Origin: Acinetobacter wanghuae
GTDB taxonomy: Bacteria > Pseudomonadota > Gammaproteobacteria > Pseudomonadales > Moraxellaceae
Length of the DNA stretch: 32,000 nucleotides
Direction of reading: 5' to 3'
NCBI RefSeq assembly: GCF_009557235.1
Contig: NZ_CP045650.1
Location: 2,370,001-2,402,000, forward strand
Part shown: in pieces, positions 1 to 7,391 of the stretch
Layout: each line of letters opens with the position of its first letter
How positions within the stretch are numbered: the first letter of the stretch is position 1
Made by a program: the position numbers and the translations under genes
Notes under the pieces: generated by a model
What the model saw: only the letters and a program-made list of their open reading frames with translations
Databases searched by the model: none
Told to the model about the DNA's origin: nothing

Positions 1-1080
1 GCAGAGTTTAAAGCCGATTATGGCAATTTATCACCGGCGAGTTTAGGTGCAATTCAACGCAATTTACTTGCGCTTGCCGATCAAGGTGGCGATCAATTCT
101 TTGGTGAACCTGCACTCGATTTAATGGATTTTATTCAAACTGATGCCCAAGGTCACGGTCATATCAATCTATTGGCTGCTGACAAGCTGATGAACACCCC
201 AAAACTCTATGCGACGTTTTTACTTTGGATGCTGTCGGAACTGTTTGAGCAACTACCCGAAGTCGGTGACTTAGATAAACCAAAACTGGTGTTTTTCTTC
301 GATGAAGCACACCTGCTTTTTGACAATGCCAGCCCTACGCTACAAGAAAAAATTGAACAAGTAGTACGCCTGATTCGTTCTAAAGGTGTAGGGATTTATT
401 TTGTCACGCAAAATCCGCTCGACCTTCCTGAAAGCGTGCTCGGTCAACTGGGTAACCGTATACAGCATGCCCTCCGCGCTTTTACACCCAAAGATCAAAA
501 AGCAGTCAAAACCGCAGCCGATACCTTTAGACCCAATCCTGAATTTAAAGTGCAAGATGCCATTACCGAACTCGCAGTCGGGGAAGCTTTAATTAGTTGC
601 CTCGATGAAAAAGGCACACCTCAAATGGTCGAACGTGGTTGGGTAATGCCACCCTATTCCTCCTTTAACCCTATTTCACTTGAAGAAAGACGTGCCTTCA
701 TGGCGCAAAGCGTAGTTGCAGGTGTGTATGATCAAGTTCTTGATCGGGAAAGTGCCTTTGAAATGCTGCAACAAAAAATCGAACAGCGCCAACAACATGC
801 AGCGCAAGCTGAACTTGCAAAACAACAAGCCAAAGCCGAAGAAGCCTATGCCAAGCAAGTGGCAAAAGAACAAGAAGCGCTTGCCAAACAACACGCACGT
901 GAACAAGAACGTCTTGCCCGTGAGCAACAAAAGCAAACCGAACGCGCCGCCAAACAGCGTGAAAAACTAATTCAGGACACTGTCGGTACTTTTGCCAAAA
1001 GTGCAGCACGTAGCCTTGGCGGTACGACTGGACAAAAAATCGTACGCGGTCTGTTAGGTTCCTTGTTTGGAAAAAGGTAA
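1..1080 (+). CDS. DUF853/YjgR-type HerA-like P-loop NTPase, C-terminal part (5' end lies outside the window)
   Basis: Frame 1 is open from nt 1 ([30 protein letters not shown]...), so the ORF-track Met at 124 is internal. It has an [10 protein letters not shown] Walker-B-like segment and [15 protein letters not shown], typical of the YjgR/DUF853 family. It ends in a Lys/Gln/Glu/Ala-rich coiled-coil-like tail. Confidence 0.8.
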   Translation, partial: AEFKADYGNLSPASLGAIQRNLLALADQGGDQFFGEPALDLMDFIQTDAQGHGHINLLAADKLMNTPKLYATFLLWMLSELFEQLPEVGDLDKPKLVFFFDEAHLLFDNASPTLQEKIEQVVRLIRSKGVGIYFVTQNPLDLPESVLGQLGNRIQHALRAFTPKDQKAVKTAADTFRPNPEFKVQDAITELAVGEALISCLDEKGTPQMVERGWVMPPYSSFNPISLEERRAFMAQSVVAGVYDQVLDRESAFEMLQQKIEQRQQHAAQAELAKQQAKAEEAYAKQVAKEQEALAKQHAREQERLAREQQKQTERAAKQREKLIQDTVGTFAKSAARSLGGTTGQKIVRGLLGSLFGKR

Positions 1081-1129
1081 CTCAACTCAGACATCTTTCT
1101 GACCTTTTCCGATCATTTTCATATTTATG

Positions 1130-1160
1130 ATGGGATATTTTTATATCCCATAACTTTTTT
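1130..1160 (+). terminator. Rho-independent terminator after the DUF853 gene
   Basis: The stem is ATGGGATAT / ATATCCCAT with a TTTT loop, followed by TAACTTTTTT. Confidence 0.6.
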
Positions 1161-1188
1161 ATGGGTTTATATTGCGCTGCCAACCCTA

Positions 1189-1211
1189 AAGATGTATTTT
1201 AAATACATCTT
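1189..1211. promoter_or_regulatory. NsrR-type operator, a perfect 11-1-11 palindrome
   Basis: AAGATGTATTT-T-AAATACATCTT is perfectly self-complementary and centred 34 nt upstream of ATG 1234. It matches the 11-1-11 NsrR consensus known from enterobacteria (AAxATGCATTT-x-AAATGCATxTT). An Rrf2/NsrR gene lies immediately downstream of the target gene. Confidence 0.7.
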
Positions 1212-1233
1212 ACATCAAGTCTGAGCCTCTCCC

Positions 1234-1995
1234 ATGACTCCGCAACATATTGAATTGGTCAAAGCCACTGTTCCTGTATTACGTGAAAGTGGTGTCGCAC
1301 TGACCACTTATTTTTATCAGCGCATGCTCAAGCATCATCCTGAGCTGAAAAATACCTTCAATATGGATCATCAAGAAACAGGTCGTCAGCCGCGTGCCTT
1401 GGCTGCTGCGGTATTGGCTTATGCAGAACATATTGAAAATCCAACCGTGCTTGCCAAAGCAGTCGAACGCATGACCACTAAGCATGTCAGCCTCAACATT
1501 CAAGCTGAGCAATATGCAATCGTGGGTGAACACTTACTGCATTCAATCAGTGAAGTTTTAGACGTGCCAATGGAATCCGATTTAATCGCAGCGTGGAAAG
1601 CAGCGTATATGCAATTGGCTGATTTACTCATTGGCGTGGAAAAAGCAAAATATGCTGCGTTAAACACTGAAAATGGCGGTTGGACGGGTTGGCGTGAATT
1701 TGAAATCACAGCCATTGAAAACTTAGATGCAGCTCAATTATTCACATTAAAAGCCAAAGATCACTCCGCGATTAAAACCGCTAAAGCCGGTGAGTTTATC
1801 TCAGTTCGCGTGAAACTAGCGGACCAAGATTTATATCAACCACAGCAATTTACCTTTGATACTGATCAAGCCGAGCAATATCAAATTGTCGTAAAAGCGG
1901 AAGAAAATCCAACAGCATTTTCAGTCAATAATGCGTTGCTACAGCACTATAAAGTCGGTGATCTTGTAGAAGTATCAGCACCGAGCACACTTTAA
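1234..1995 (+). CDS. Flavohemoglobin-like protein: globin domain plus degenerate FAD-binding barrel, with no NAD(P)H-binding domain
   Basis: The protein is colinear with E. coli Hmp, as I remember that sequence, from the N-terminus (HIELVKATVPVL, FYQRML, proximal-His context TKHVS) to the end of the FAD barrel (VGDLVEVSAP vs VGDVVKLVAP). It then stops at 253 aa, whereas Hmp is about 396 aa. Confidence 0.8.
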   Translation: MTPQHIELVKATVPVLRESGVALTTYFYQRMLKHHPELKNTFNMDHQETGRQPRALAAAVLAYAEHIENPTVLAKAVERMTTKHVSLNIQAEQYAIVGEHLLHSISEVLDVPMESDLIAAWKAAYMQLADLLIGVEKAKYAALNTENGGWTGWREFEITAIENLDAAQLFTLKAKDHSAIKTAKAGEFISVRVKLADQDLYQPQQFTFDTDQAEQYQIVVKAEENPTAFSVNNALLQHYKVGDLVEVSAPSTL

Positions 1996-2092
1996 TTCTT
2001 GTCATTCAAAAGATTGAACGCTAATACCGAAAGTTCCGTTCGCGGGACTTTCAATGCTAAGATAGCACCACAACCATTCCCCTGCTCGTGCT

Positions 2093-2533
2093 ATGCAACT
2101 GAATAAATTCACAGATTACGCTTTACGTATTTTGATGTACGTGGCTCAACCTCGCGAGTTGCCTTATACCATTGCAGAGCTTTCACAACGCTTAGACGTA
2201 TCTGAAAATCATGCCATGAAAATTGTGCATTTTATGGCAAAGCAAGATTGGTTGATCACCACACGCGGAAAAGGCGGTGGGATTCGTTTAAATCCAGAAT
2301 TACTCAAACAAAAATTAGGCGGCATTGTACGCATTTTACAAAAGGATCAACACGTGGTGGAATGCAACAGCCCACCTTGTGTTTTACGCACACATTGCGG
2401 GTTAAAAGGAATATTAGATCAAGCACTTGAGCAATTTTATTACCATCTAGATCAATATCAATTTCAAGATGTCATTCAACCCATTCATCTACACAGCAAC
2501 GCATCATCGTCTATTCCACTTCTTAATCTTTAA
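2093..2533 (+). CDS. nsrR: Rrf2-family NO-sensing transcriptional repressor NsrR
   Basis: The N-terminal wHTH (MQLNKFTDYALRILMYVA) and three Cys at positions 91, 96 and 102 (ECNSPPCVLRTHC) have the same spacing as the E. coli NsrR cluster ligands. The gene is adjacent to an operator-bearing globin gene. Confidence 0.85.
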   Translation: MQLNKFTDYALRILMYVAQPRELPYTIAELSQRLDVSENHAMKIVHFMAKQDWLITTRGKGGGIRLNPELLKQKLGGIVRILQKDQHVVECNSPPCVLRTHCGLKGILDQALEQFYYHLDQYQFQDVIQPIHLHSNASSSIPLLNL

Positions 2534-2637
2534 TACATCTGTTTGATATCAGCGGCTCTATCTTGCTGACAAAGTTCGCTTGCCTGCACGACTTCCTTTA
2601 TAATAGCTTCTTGTAAATTAGTTATTGAAGTTGAGTC

Positions 2638-3492
2638 ATGCACCAGCACAGAGGAAAATCGAAAAACAGTAAAACGGCAAACGCGCCTAAGCAAAAGATC
2701 AGCTATGCCAAAGCCGTTGATTCCGCCGTGACTGAATATTCGGTACAAGCTCTGAATTGGCTTCGCAGAGCTGAATTTTTAATGAGCGCACCAAAACTGA
2801 ATTTATGTGTGGAAGATACCGGTTTTGAAGTTGCCTTTGCCGGTCGCTCAAATGCGGGGAAATCAAGCGCGATTAATGCCCTCACCAATCAAAAACAATT
2901 GGCACGTGCGTCAAAACGCCCGGGTCGTACCCAAATGATTAACTTCTTTAGCCTCGGTAATCCAAACCAACGTTTGGTGGATTTACCCGGTTATGGCTAT
3001 GCGGCTGTACCTGAAGCGATGAAAATCGTGTGGCAAAAAGAACTTGAGAATTATTTGATTCATCGTGAAAGCTTACAAGGCTTGGTGTTATTGATGGATA
3101 TTCGTCATCCGTTACAACACTTCGATGTCATGATGTTGGAATGGGCGTATTCACGTCAATTGTTTGTGCATGTGCTTTTAACCAAGTCGGACAAACTGAA
3201 TCGTGGTCCTGCCTCTAAAGCATTGCAAGAAGTGAAAGCGGCATTGAAAAAAATGAAGCTAAACTTCTCTATTCAATTGTTCTCATCTATGAACAAAGAA
3301 GGTTTGGAAGAACTTGCAAGTGTCATGGGTGGTCGTTTGAACTTCACTTTGGGTCAGCAAGTTGAATACAATCTTTCTGCGATTCCTGAAGTCAGTGAAG
3401 ATGACATTGATCTAGACACTGACGATGATTCAGAAATGGATCTTGAAAGCGCTTCAGAGCAAAACGAAGTGCAATCAAACGAACAAAATTAA
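2638..3492 (+). CDS. engB: Ribosome-biogenesis GTPase EngB/YihA with basic N-terminal and acidic C-terminal extensions
   Basis: It has the G1 motif GRSNAGKSSAINAL, DLPGYGYA and LTKSDK (G4). ATG 2638 is the only in-frame ATG upstream of the conserved FLMSAP segment. A TATAAT hexamer at 2599-2604 lies just upstream, but the -35 is weak. Confidence 0.85.
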   Translation: MHQHRGKSKNSKTANAPKQKISYAKAVDSAVTEYSVQALNWLRRAEFLMSAPKLNLCVEDTGFEVAFAGRSNAGKSSAINALTNQKQLARASKRPGRTQMINFFSLGNPNQRLVDLPGYGYAAVPEAMKIVWQKELENYLIHRESLQGLVLLMDIRHPLQHFDVMMLEWAYSRQLFVHVLLTKSDKLNRGPASKALQEVKAALKKMKLNFSIQLFSSMNKEGLEELASVMGGRLNFTLGQQVEYNLSAIPEVSEDDIDLDTDDDSEMDLESASEQNEVQSNEQN

Positions 3493-3520
3493 ACATTTTG
3501 TGATGTAATTGACAAATTAA

Positions 3521-3558
3521 TGTCCCCTATTGCTTAAAGCTTTCGGGGACATTTTTTT
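3521..3558 (+). terminator. Rho-independent terminator after engB
   Basis: The stem is TGTCCCC ... GGGGACA, followed by TTTTTTT. Confidence 0.7.
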
Positions 3559-3578
3559 AATACTGTAGCCATGCACAG

Positions 3579-4538
3579 ATGATGGATATCGTAATGGCTC
3601 TACTTTCTCGCTTAAAAAAAACAAAAATCGGTTCTTCGATTAATTATTTTATTCAACCGCGTAAAGTCAAATTCGAATGGCAGGACACCCCTATTGATTG
3701 GATTCCCAATCACCCATTTTCCAGTTATTTCATTAATGAAATTAATAATATTTTACCTGCGGGTGAATTTTGGTTCTGCCGACTTTATAACAAAGTGTTA
3801 CCTCAAATCACAGATGAAAAACTTGCCGCTGATGTGAAAGCATTTATTCGCCAAGAAGCGATGCATGCGCAAGCACATGTCTCCGCCAACAAAGAATATT
3901 TATCGGTCCGCAATATTGATATTCAACGTAACTTACGCATCATGGATGTGTTATTTAACAAAATCTTGGCAGATAAACCTTTGGGCTTAAATGTGCCTAA
4001 AGTGCTTGAACATCAATGGGATTTATTTCGCTTAGGTATTATTGCCACCGTAGAACACATGACCTGCGTCTTGGGAAAATACGTACTCTATAACACGGAA
4101 TGGGAAAAACTCGGTGCTGACCCTGCCATGCTCGATTTGGTTAAATGGCATGGTGCGGAAGAAATTGAGCATCGTACCGTCGCATTTGATCTGTATCGTC
4201 ACTTAGGGGGTACATATATCGCCCGTTATTATTTAAGTGTTGCGGTGATTATTGGCGTGATTGGATTATGGGTAGATGGTGCTGCACATTTAATGTCGCA
4301 AGATCCACGTTATAAATCGATTAAACCCGCAGTTTATAAACCTTGGATTTGGCGTGAATGGTCGCGAATTGCAAAGAAAGACCATAAAATTATGCCGCAT
4401 CCGTTATGGTTGGTTTCACAACAACTGGGTTATTTAATGCCTTGGTATGACCCTGTGCATGAAGCCAGCACAGAAGATGCTTTAAATTATTTAAATCAGT
4501 CGCCAGCTGCGAAGCGCGCTTTATTAAAAATTGCTTAG
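3579..4538 (+). CDS. Predicted metal-dependent hydrolase family protein (PF10118-like) with paired ExxH motifs and a C-terminal hydrophobic helix
   Basis: The motifs are QEAMHAQAH and GAEEIEHRTVAFDLY, plus TVEHMT. A hydrophobic segment YYLSVAVIIGVIGLWV is present. The start is ambiguous among ATG 3579, 3582 and 3594. Confidence 0.65.
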   Translation: MMDIVMALLSRLKKTKIGSSINYFIQPRKVKFEWQDTPIDWIPNHPFSSYFINEINNILPAGEFWFCRLYNKVLPQITDEKLAADVKAFIRQEAMHAQAHVSANKEYLSVRNIDIQRNLRIMDVLFNKILADKPLGLNVPKVLEHQWDLFRLGIIATVEHMTCVLGKYVLYNTEWEKLGADPAMLDLVKWHGAEEIEHRTVAFDLYRHLGGTYIARYYLSVAVIIGVIGLWVDGAAHLMSQDPRYKSIKPAVYKPWIWREWSRIAKKDHKIMPHPLWLVSQQLGYLMPWYDPVHEASTEDALNYLNQSPAAKRALLKIA

Positions 4539-4553
4539 ACAAAAAATTTACAT

Positions 4554-4583
4554 AAAAAAGCAGGCTTGATTGCCTGCTTTTTT
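4554..4583. terminator. Bidirectional terminator between convergent genes
   Basis: AAAAAAGCAGGC-TTGATT-GCCTGCTTTTTT has an A-run and a T-run flanking a GC stem. Confidence 0.8.
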
Positions 4584-4598
4584 ACTATTGAATATTGA

Positions 4599-5846
4599 TC
4601 AACTGGCTTCAGAATTTAATTCAGCTTTTCGGGTATAACGATCCACCACCACTGAAATCATCATATCGCCCTGCACATTCACCACCGTCCGAACGGTATC
4701 GAGTAATCGGTCAATTGGCAGTAAAATTGCAATTGCCTCTGCGGGCAAGCCTACCGATTGTAAGACCATAATCATGGTGACCATTCCTGCACTTGGAATA
4801 CCCGGTGCCCCTAGGGACGCAATCATCGCTGTCGCACACACCACCAACTGTTGACCTAAGGTTAAATCCAAGCCCATTAAGTTAGCAATAAACAATGCCG
4901 CTGCGGCTTCATACAACGCAGTACCATCCATATTCAATTGCGTACCAAGCGGAATGACAAAACCCACCGTTTGCGGACGTACACCAAGATTTTCTTGCGC
5001 ACATTTCATAGAGAGTGGCATCGTCGCTGAACTTGAACTAGTTGCGAAAGCTGTAATTAGCGCTGAACGCGTGCCTTTAAAGAAGGTCAACGGATTCATT
5101 TTACCAAAGACCCATAACAACAGCGGTAACACGACTAAACCGTGAAAAATGGTAGTACCTGTAACCACAGCAGCAAATTCAGCCAAACGACTTAAAACAG
5201 AGACATCTTCAGTTGCAACCAACTTCGCCAATAAAGCAAAGATACCAATCGGTGCAATCTTCATGATCCAACCGATCATCAACATCATAATCTCGAACAG
5301 TTGATGACTGATTTTGCGCACTGTTGTGAATTTTTCTCCACCTGCAACCAACGCCACACCAATGAATAAAGCAAACACCACAACCGCAAGCACATTGCCT
5401 TCGCTAAAGGCTTTAAACGGATTGATTAAGGTATTTTGAATGAAATTGGTAAAGAAAGAAGACGGCGTTAAGGTATCAGGGGTTTGATGTTGTGACATCG
5501 CATCTTGGAACATGACGATATCTACACCTTTGCCCACACCAAATAGATGCGCGCAGGTTAAACCTAAAATAAGGGCTAAAGTTGTGGTGGTCACACAGCA
5601 CATCAGTGTGATTTTCCAAGTACGACTAAGTTGTCCGCCCGACTGTAAGTTAGAAACACCAACGACAATGGAGGTAAAAATCAGCGGCACCAAAATCATT
5701 TTGAGCAAACCAATAAACACACTACTGGCAATGCTAACGCCATACAAACTGGCAGAGAAAAATGCAGTGTCTGGGAAAACAGTTAGGATAAAACCAAACA
5801 GCACACCCAAAATGGCGGCAATTAAAATCTGGGTATTTAAGCTCAT
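4599..5846 (-). CDS. Dicarboxylate/amino acid:cation symporter (DAACS/GltP family)
   Basis: This is a 415-aa polytopic membrane protein with DAACS-like segments (SSSATMP, NMDGTALYEA, DRLLDTVRTVVNVQGD). Confidence 0.8.
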   Translation of the reverse strand: MSLNTQILIAAILGVLFGFILTVFPDTAFFSASLYGVSIASSVFIGLLKMILVPLIFTSIVVGVSNLQSGGQLSRTWKITLMCCVTTTTLALILGLTCAHLFGVGKGVDIVMFQDAMSQHQTPDTLTPSSFFTNFIQNTLINPFKAFSEGNVLAVVVFALFIGVALVAGGEKFTTVRKISHQLFEIMMLMIGWIMKIAPIGIFALLAKLVATEDVSVLSRLAEFAAVVTGTTIFHGLVVLPLLLWVFGKMNPLTFFKGTRSALITAFATSSSSATMPLSMKCAQENLGVRPQTVGFVIPLGTQLNMDGTALYEAAAALFIANLMGLDLTLGQQLVVCATAMIASLGAPGIPSAGMVTMIMVLQSVGLPAEAIAILLPIDRLLDTVRTVVNVQGDMMISVVVDRYTRKAELNSEAS

Positions 5847-6041
5847 ATTCTAGGCATTTTAAAGATCGGAACTATTTGGCACTATGCCATGATGATCAGC
5901 CATAATCGAGTTATTTTTTACTCAACCCATAGCTAAAAAATGTACATATGCACCATGTACATGCATGATTTGCAATGAAATGGCATATTTTGTGCTTCAT
6001 CCAAACATAGATTCATTTTATCTTTAAGTTGGTAGATCGTT

Positions 6042-6176
6042 ATGAAGCACTTCATCATGGCAATTGCACTCTTATGTAGCATTGGACAAACTTTTGCACA
6101 CTCATCGAGCAATAATGGACAAGGCAAAGAAGGCTGTCACAAACATTCAGCAAATGATGTGCCGCACTGTCACTAA
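6042..6176 (+). CDS. Small secreted Cys/His-rich peptide of 44 aa, hypothetical and absent from the ORF track
   Basis: I translated it by hand: MKHFIMAIALLCSIGQTFA|HSSSNNGQGKEGCHKHSANDVPHCH*. It has a Sec-type signal (n-region, h-region, TFA-H cleavage context). The stop lies 17 nt before a strong terminator. The SD is weak (GGTAG). Confidence 0.4.
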   Translation: MKHFIMAIALLCSIGQTFAHSSSNNGQGKEGCHKHSANDVPHCH

Positions 6177-6192
6177 TTTTTTGACTGCGCAT

Positions 6193-6225
6193 AAAAAAAG
6201 CCGAATATCAAATTCGGCTTTTTTC
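6193..6225. terminator. Bidirectional terminator serving the small ORF (+) and tesB (-)
   Basis: AAAAAAAGCCGAAT-ATCAA-ATTCGGCTTTTTT. Confidence 0.8.
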
Positions 6226-6234
6226 ATTTTTAAT

Positions 6235-7107
6235 TTATTGGGTTTCAATTTCACGTAAGCGAATTAAACCTTCTTGTGTGGTGCTACACACCAATTCACC
6301 ATTTTGCCACATACGTCCGAAGTTCAAACCACGTGAACTTGCGCTGACCGTTGCATCCATATCGTAGAGCATGAACTCATCGGCGCGGAATGGCTTATGG
6401 AAATACATCGCATGATCAATGCTCGCACACTGCAAACTTGGTGAAATATAACTCAGACCATGTGGGCGTAATGCTGTGGTCATTAAAGTAAAATCTGAAT
6501 AGAATGCAGCAATTGCTTGATGTAAAGAGACTTCATCCACATCGGCTGCAATTTTGTCATGCGTACGAATATAATGTGCGTAATTCGGTGCTTCAGGCTG
6601 TGGTTGGAATGGATTCACTGGCATGACTGGACGAATTTCAACGTGACGATCCCGCATAAATGATGCGCGGACATTTTCAGGTACAAACTCGACCATCAGT
6701 TTTTTTAGTTCAGCTTCATTTTTTAAAGTTTCAACTGCTGGATATTCAGGTTCAGAAATTTGATAGTTGAGACCCTCTTCAGGCTCCGCAAATGACACCA
6801 TACACATGAATATGGTTTTGCCATGCTGAATCGCCCGCACTTGACGACTTACGAAGCTGCGACCATCACGAATACGATCGACTTCATACACAATCGGTGC
6901 ATTCACATCACCGCCATATAAGAAATAAGCATGTAAAGAATGCGCGGGACGATCTGTGGTATAAGAGGCTGCACGTAATGCTTGACCCAGAACCTGCCCC
7001 CCAAAGACACGTTTACCGACCAAATTACGGCTTTGTCCACGGAAAATATTTTCTTCAAGCTTTTCCAAGCTGAGTAAATCGACCAACTCTTGGGTTAAAG
7101 CATTCAT
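6235..7107 (-). CDS. tesB: Acyl-CoA thioesterase II
   Basis: The 290-aa protein is colinear with E. coli TesB (LLSLEKLEENIFRGQS, VFGGQVLGQAL, DRIRDGRSF, and the double hot-dog length). Confidence 0.9.
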   Translation of the reverse strand: MNALTQELVDLLSLEKLEENIFRGQSRNLVGKRVFGGQVLGQALRAASYTTDRPAHSLHAYFLYGGDVNAPIVYEVDRIRDGRSFVSRQVRAIQHGKTIFMCMVSFAEPEEGLNYQISEPEYPAVETLKNEAELKKLMVEFVPENVRASFMRDRHVEIRPVMPVNPFQPQPEAPNYAHYIRTHDKIAADVDEVSLHQAIAAFYSDFTLMTTALRPHGLSYISPSLQCASIDHAMYFHKPFRADEFMLYDMDATVSASSRGLNFGRMWQNGELVCSTTQEGLIRLREIETQ

Positions 7108-7391
7108 AACACAACCTATTCGAAATGCGGGATATCCAAAATGGATGAATAAAAATCTATTTATTCAATCGCTATATTCTGCCATAAAATCTGACTAAAT
7201 CACTAAAGTTAGATTGACTGCGCTGTCATAGTGAAATTGTAAATTTCTAGAAAAAACCCCATTATTCAAGCTAAAATCAAACATCTTCTGTGAATTTGTC
7301 AGAAAATGACATATTGTTTTTAACCAGAATCACGCAAAATAATTCCCCCTCAGCAGTTCTGTTGTTTTGGTCAGTAAAATTAGGAGTTTGT

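Noticed and set aside
676-1009. ORFs of 84 to 103 aa antisense to, or out of frame with, the DUF853 tail (676-936 on the minus strand, 698-1009 on the minus strand, 716-970 on the plus strand).
   Set aside because: They arise from the repetitive GCA/CAA/AAG coding DNA of the Lys/Gln/Ala-rich tail. Their products are low-complexity and lack start signals.
1-1080. The HerA-like ATPase could be a defence-system component, since HerA-type NTPases occur in several anti-phage systems.
   Set aside because: The sequence is of the housekeeping DUF853/YjgR type. Only the C-terminal part is visible. No partner nuclease, SIR2 or other effector gene is adjacent, and the downstream genes are hmp-like and nsrR.
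1996-2092. The truncated hmp-like gene could be a pseudogene with a decayed NAD-binding domain downstream.
   Set aside because: Only 97 nt separate its stop from nsrR, far too short for a domain remnant of about 140 aa. The ORF itself is intact, with an operator upstream. A strain-specific deletion cannot be fully excluded without comparative data.
5933-6127. A 64-aa minus-strand ORF and a 64-aa plus-strand ORF (6064-6258) in the transporter / tesB gap.
   Set aside because: The minus-strand ORF has no SD and an unusual Cys/Met-rich composition. The plus-strand ORF runs through the bidirectional terminator and into tesB. The 44-codon signal-peptide ORF at 6042-6176 fits the flanking signals better.
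7290-7391. A GTG-initiated 34-aa N-terminal extension of PlsB, as given in the ORF track.
   Set aside because: There is no SD before the GTG. A strong AGGAG lies 5 nt before ATG 7392, and the segment contains an inverted repeat typical of non-coding leader DNA.
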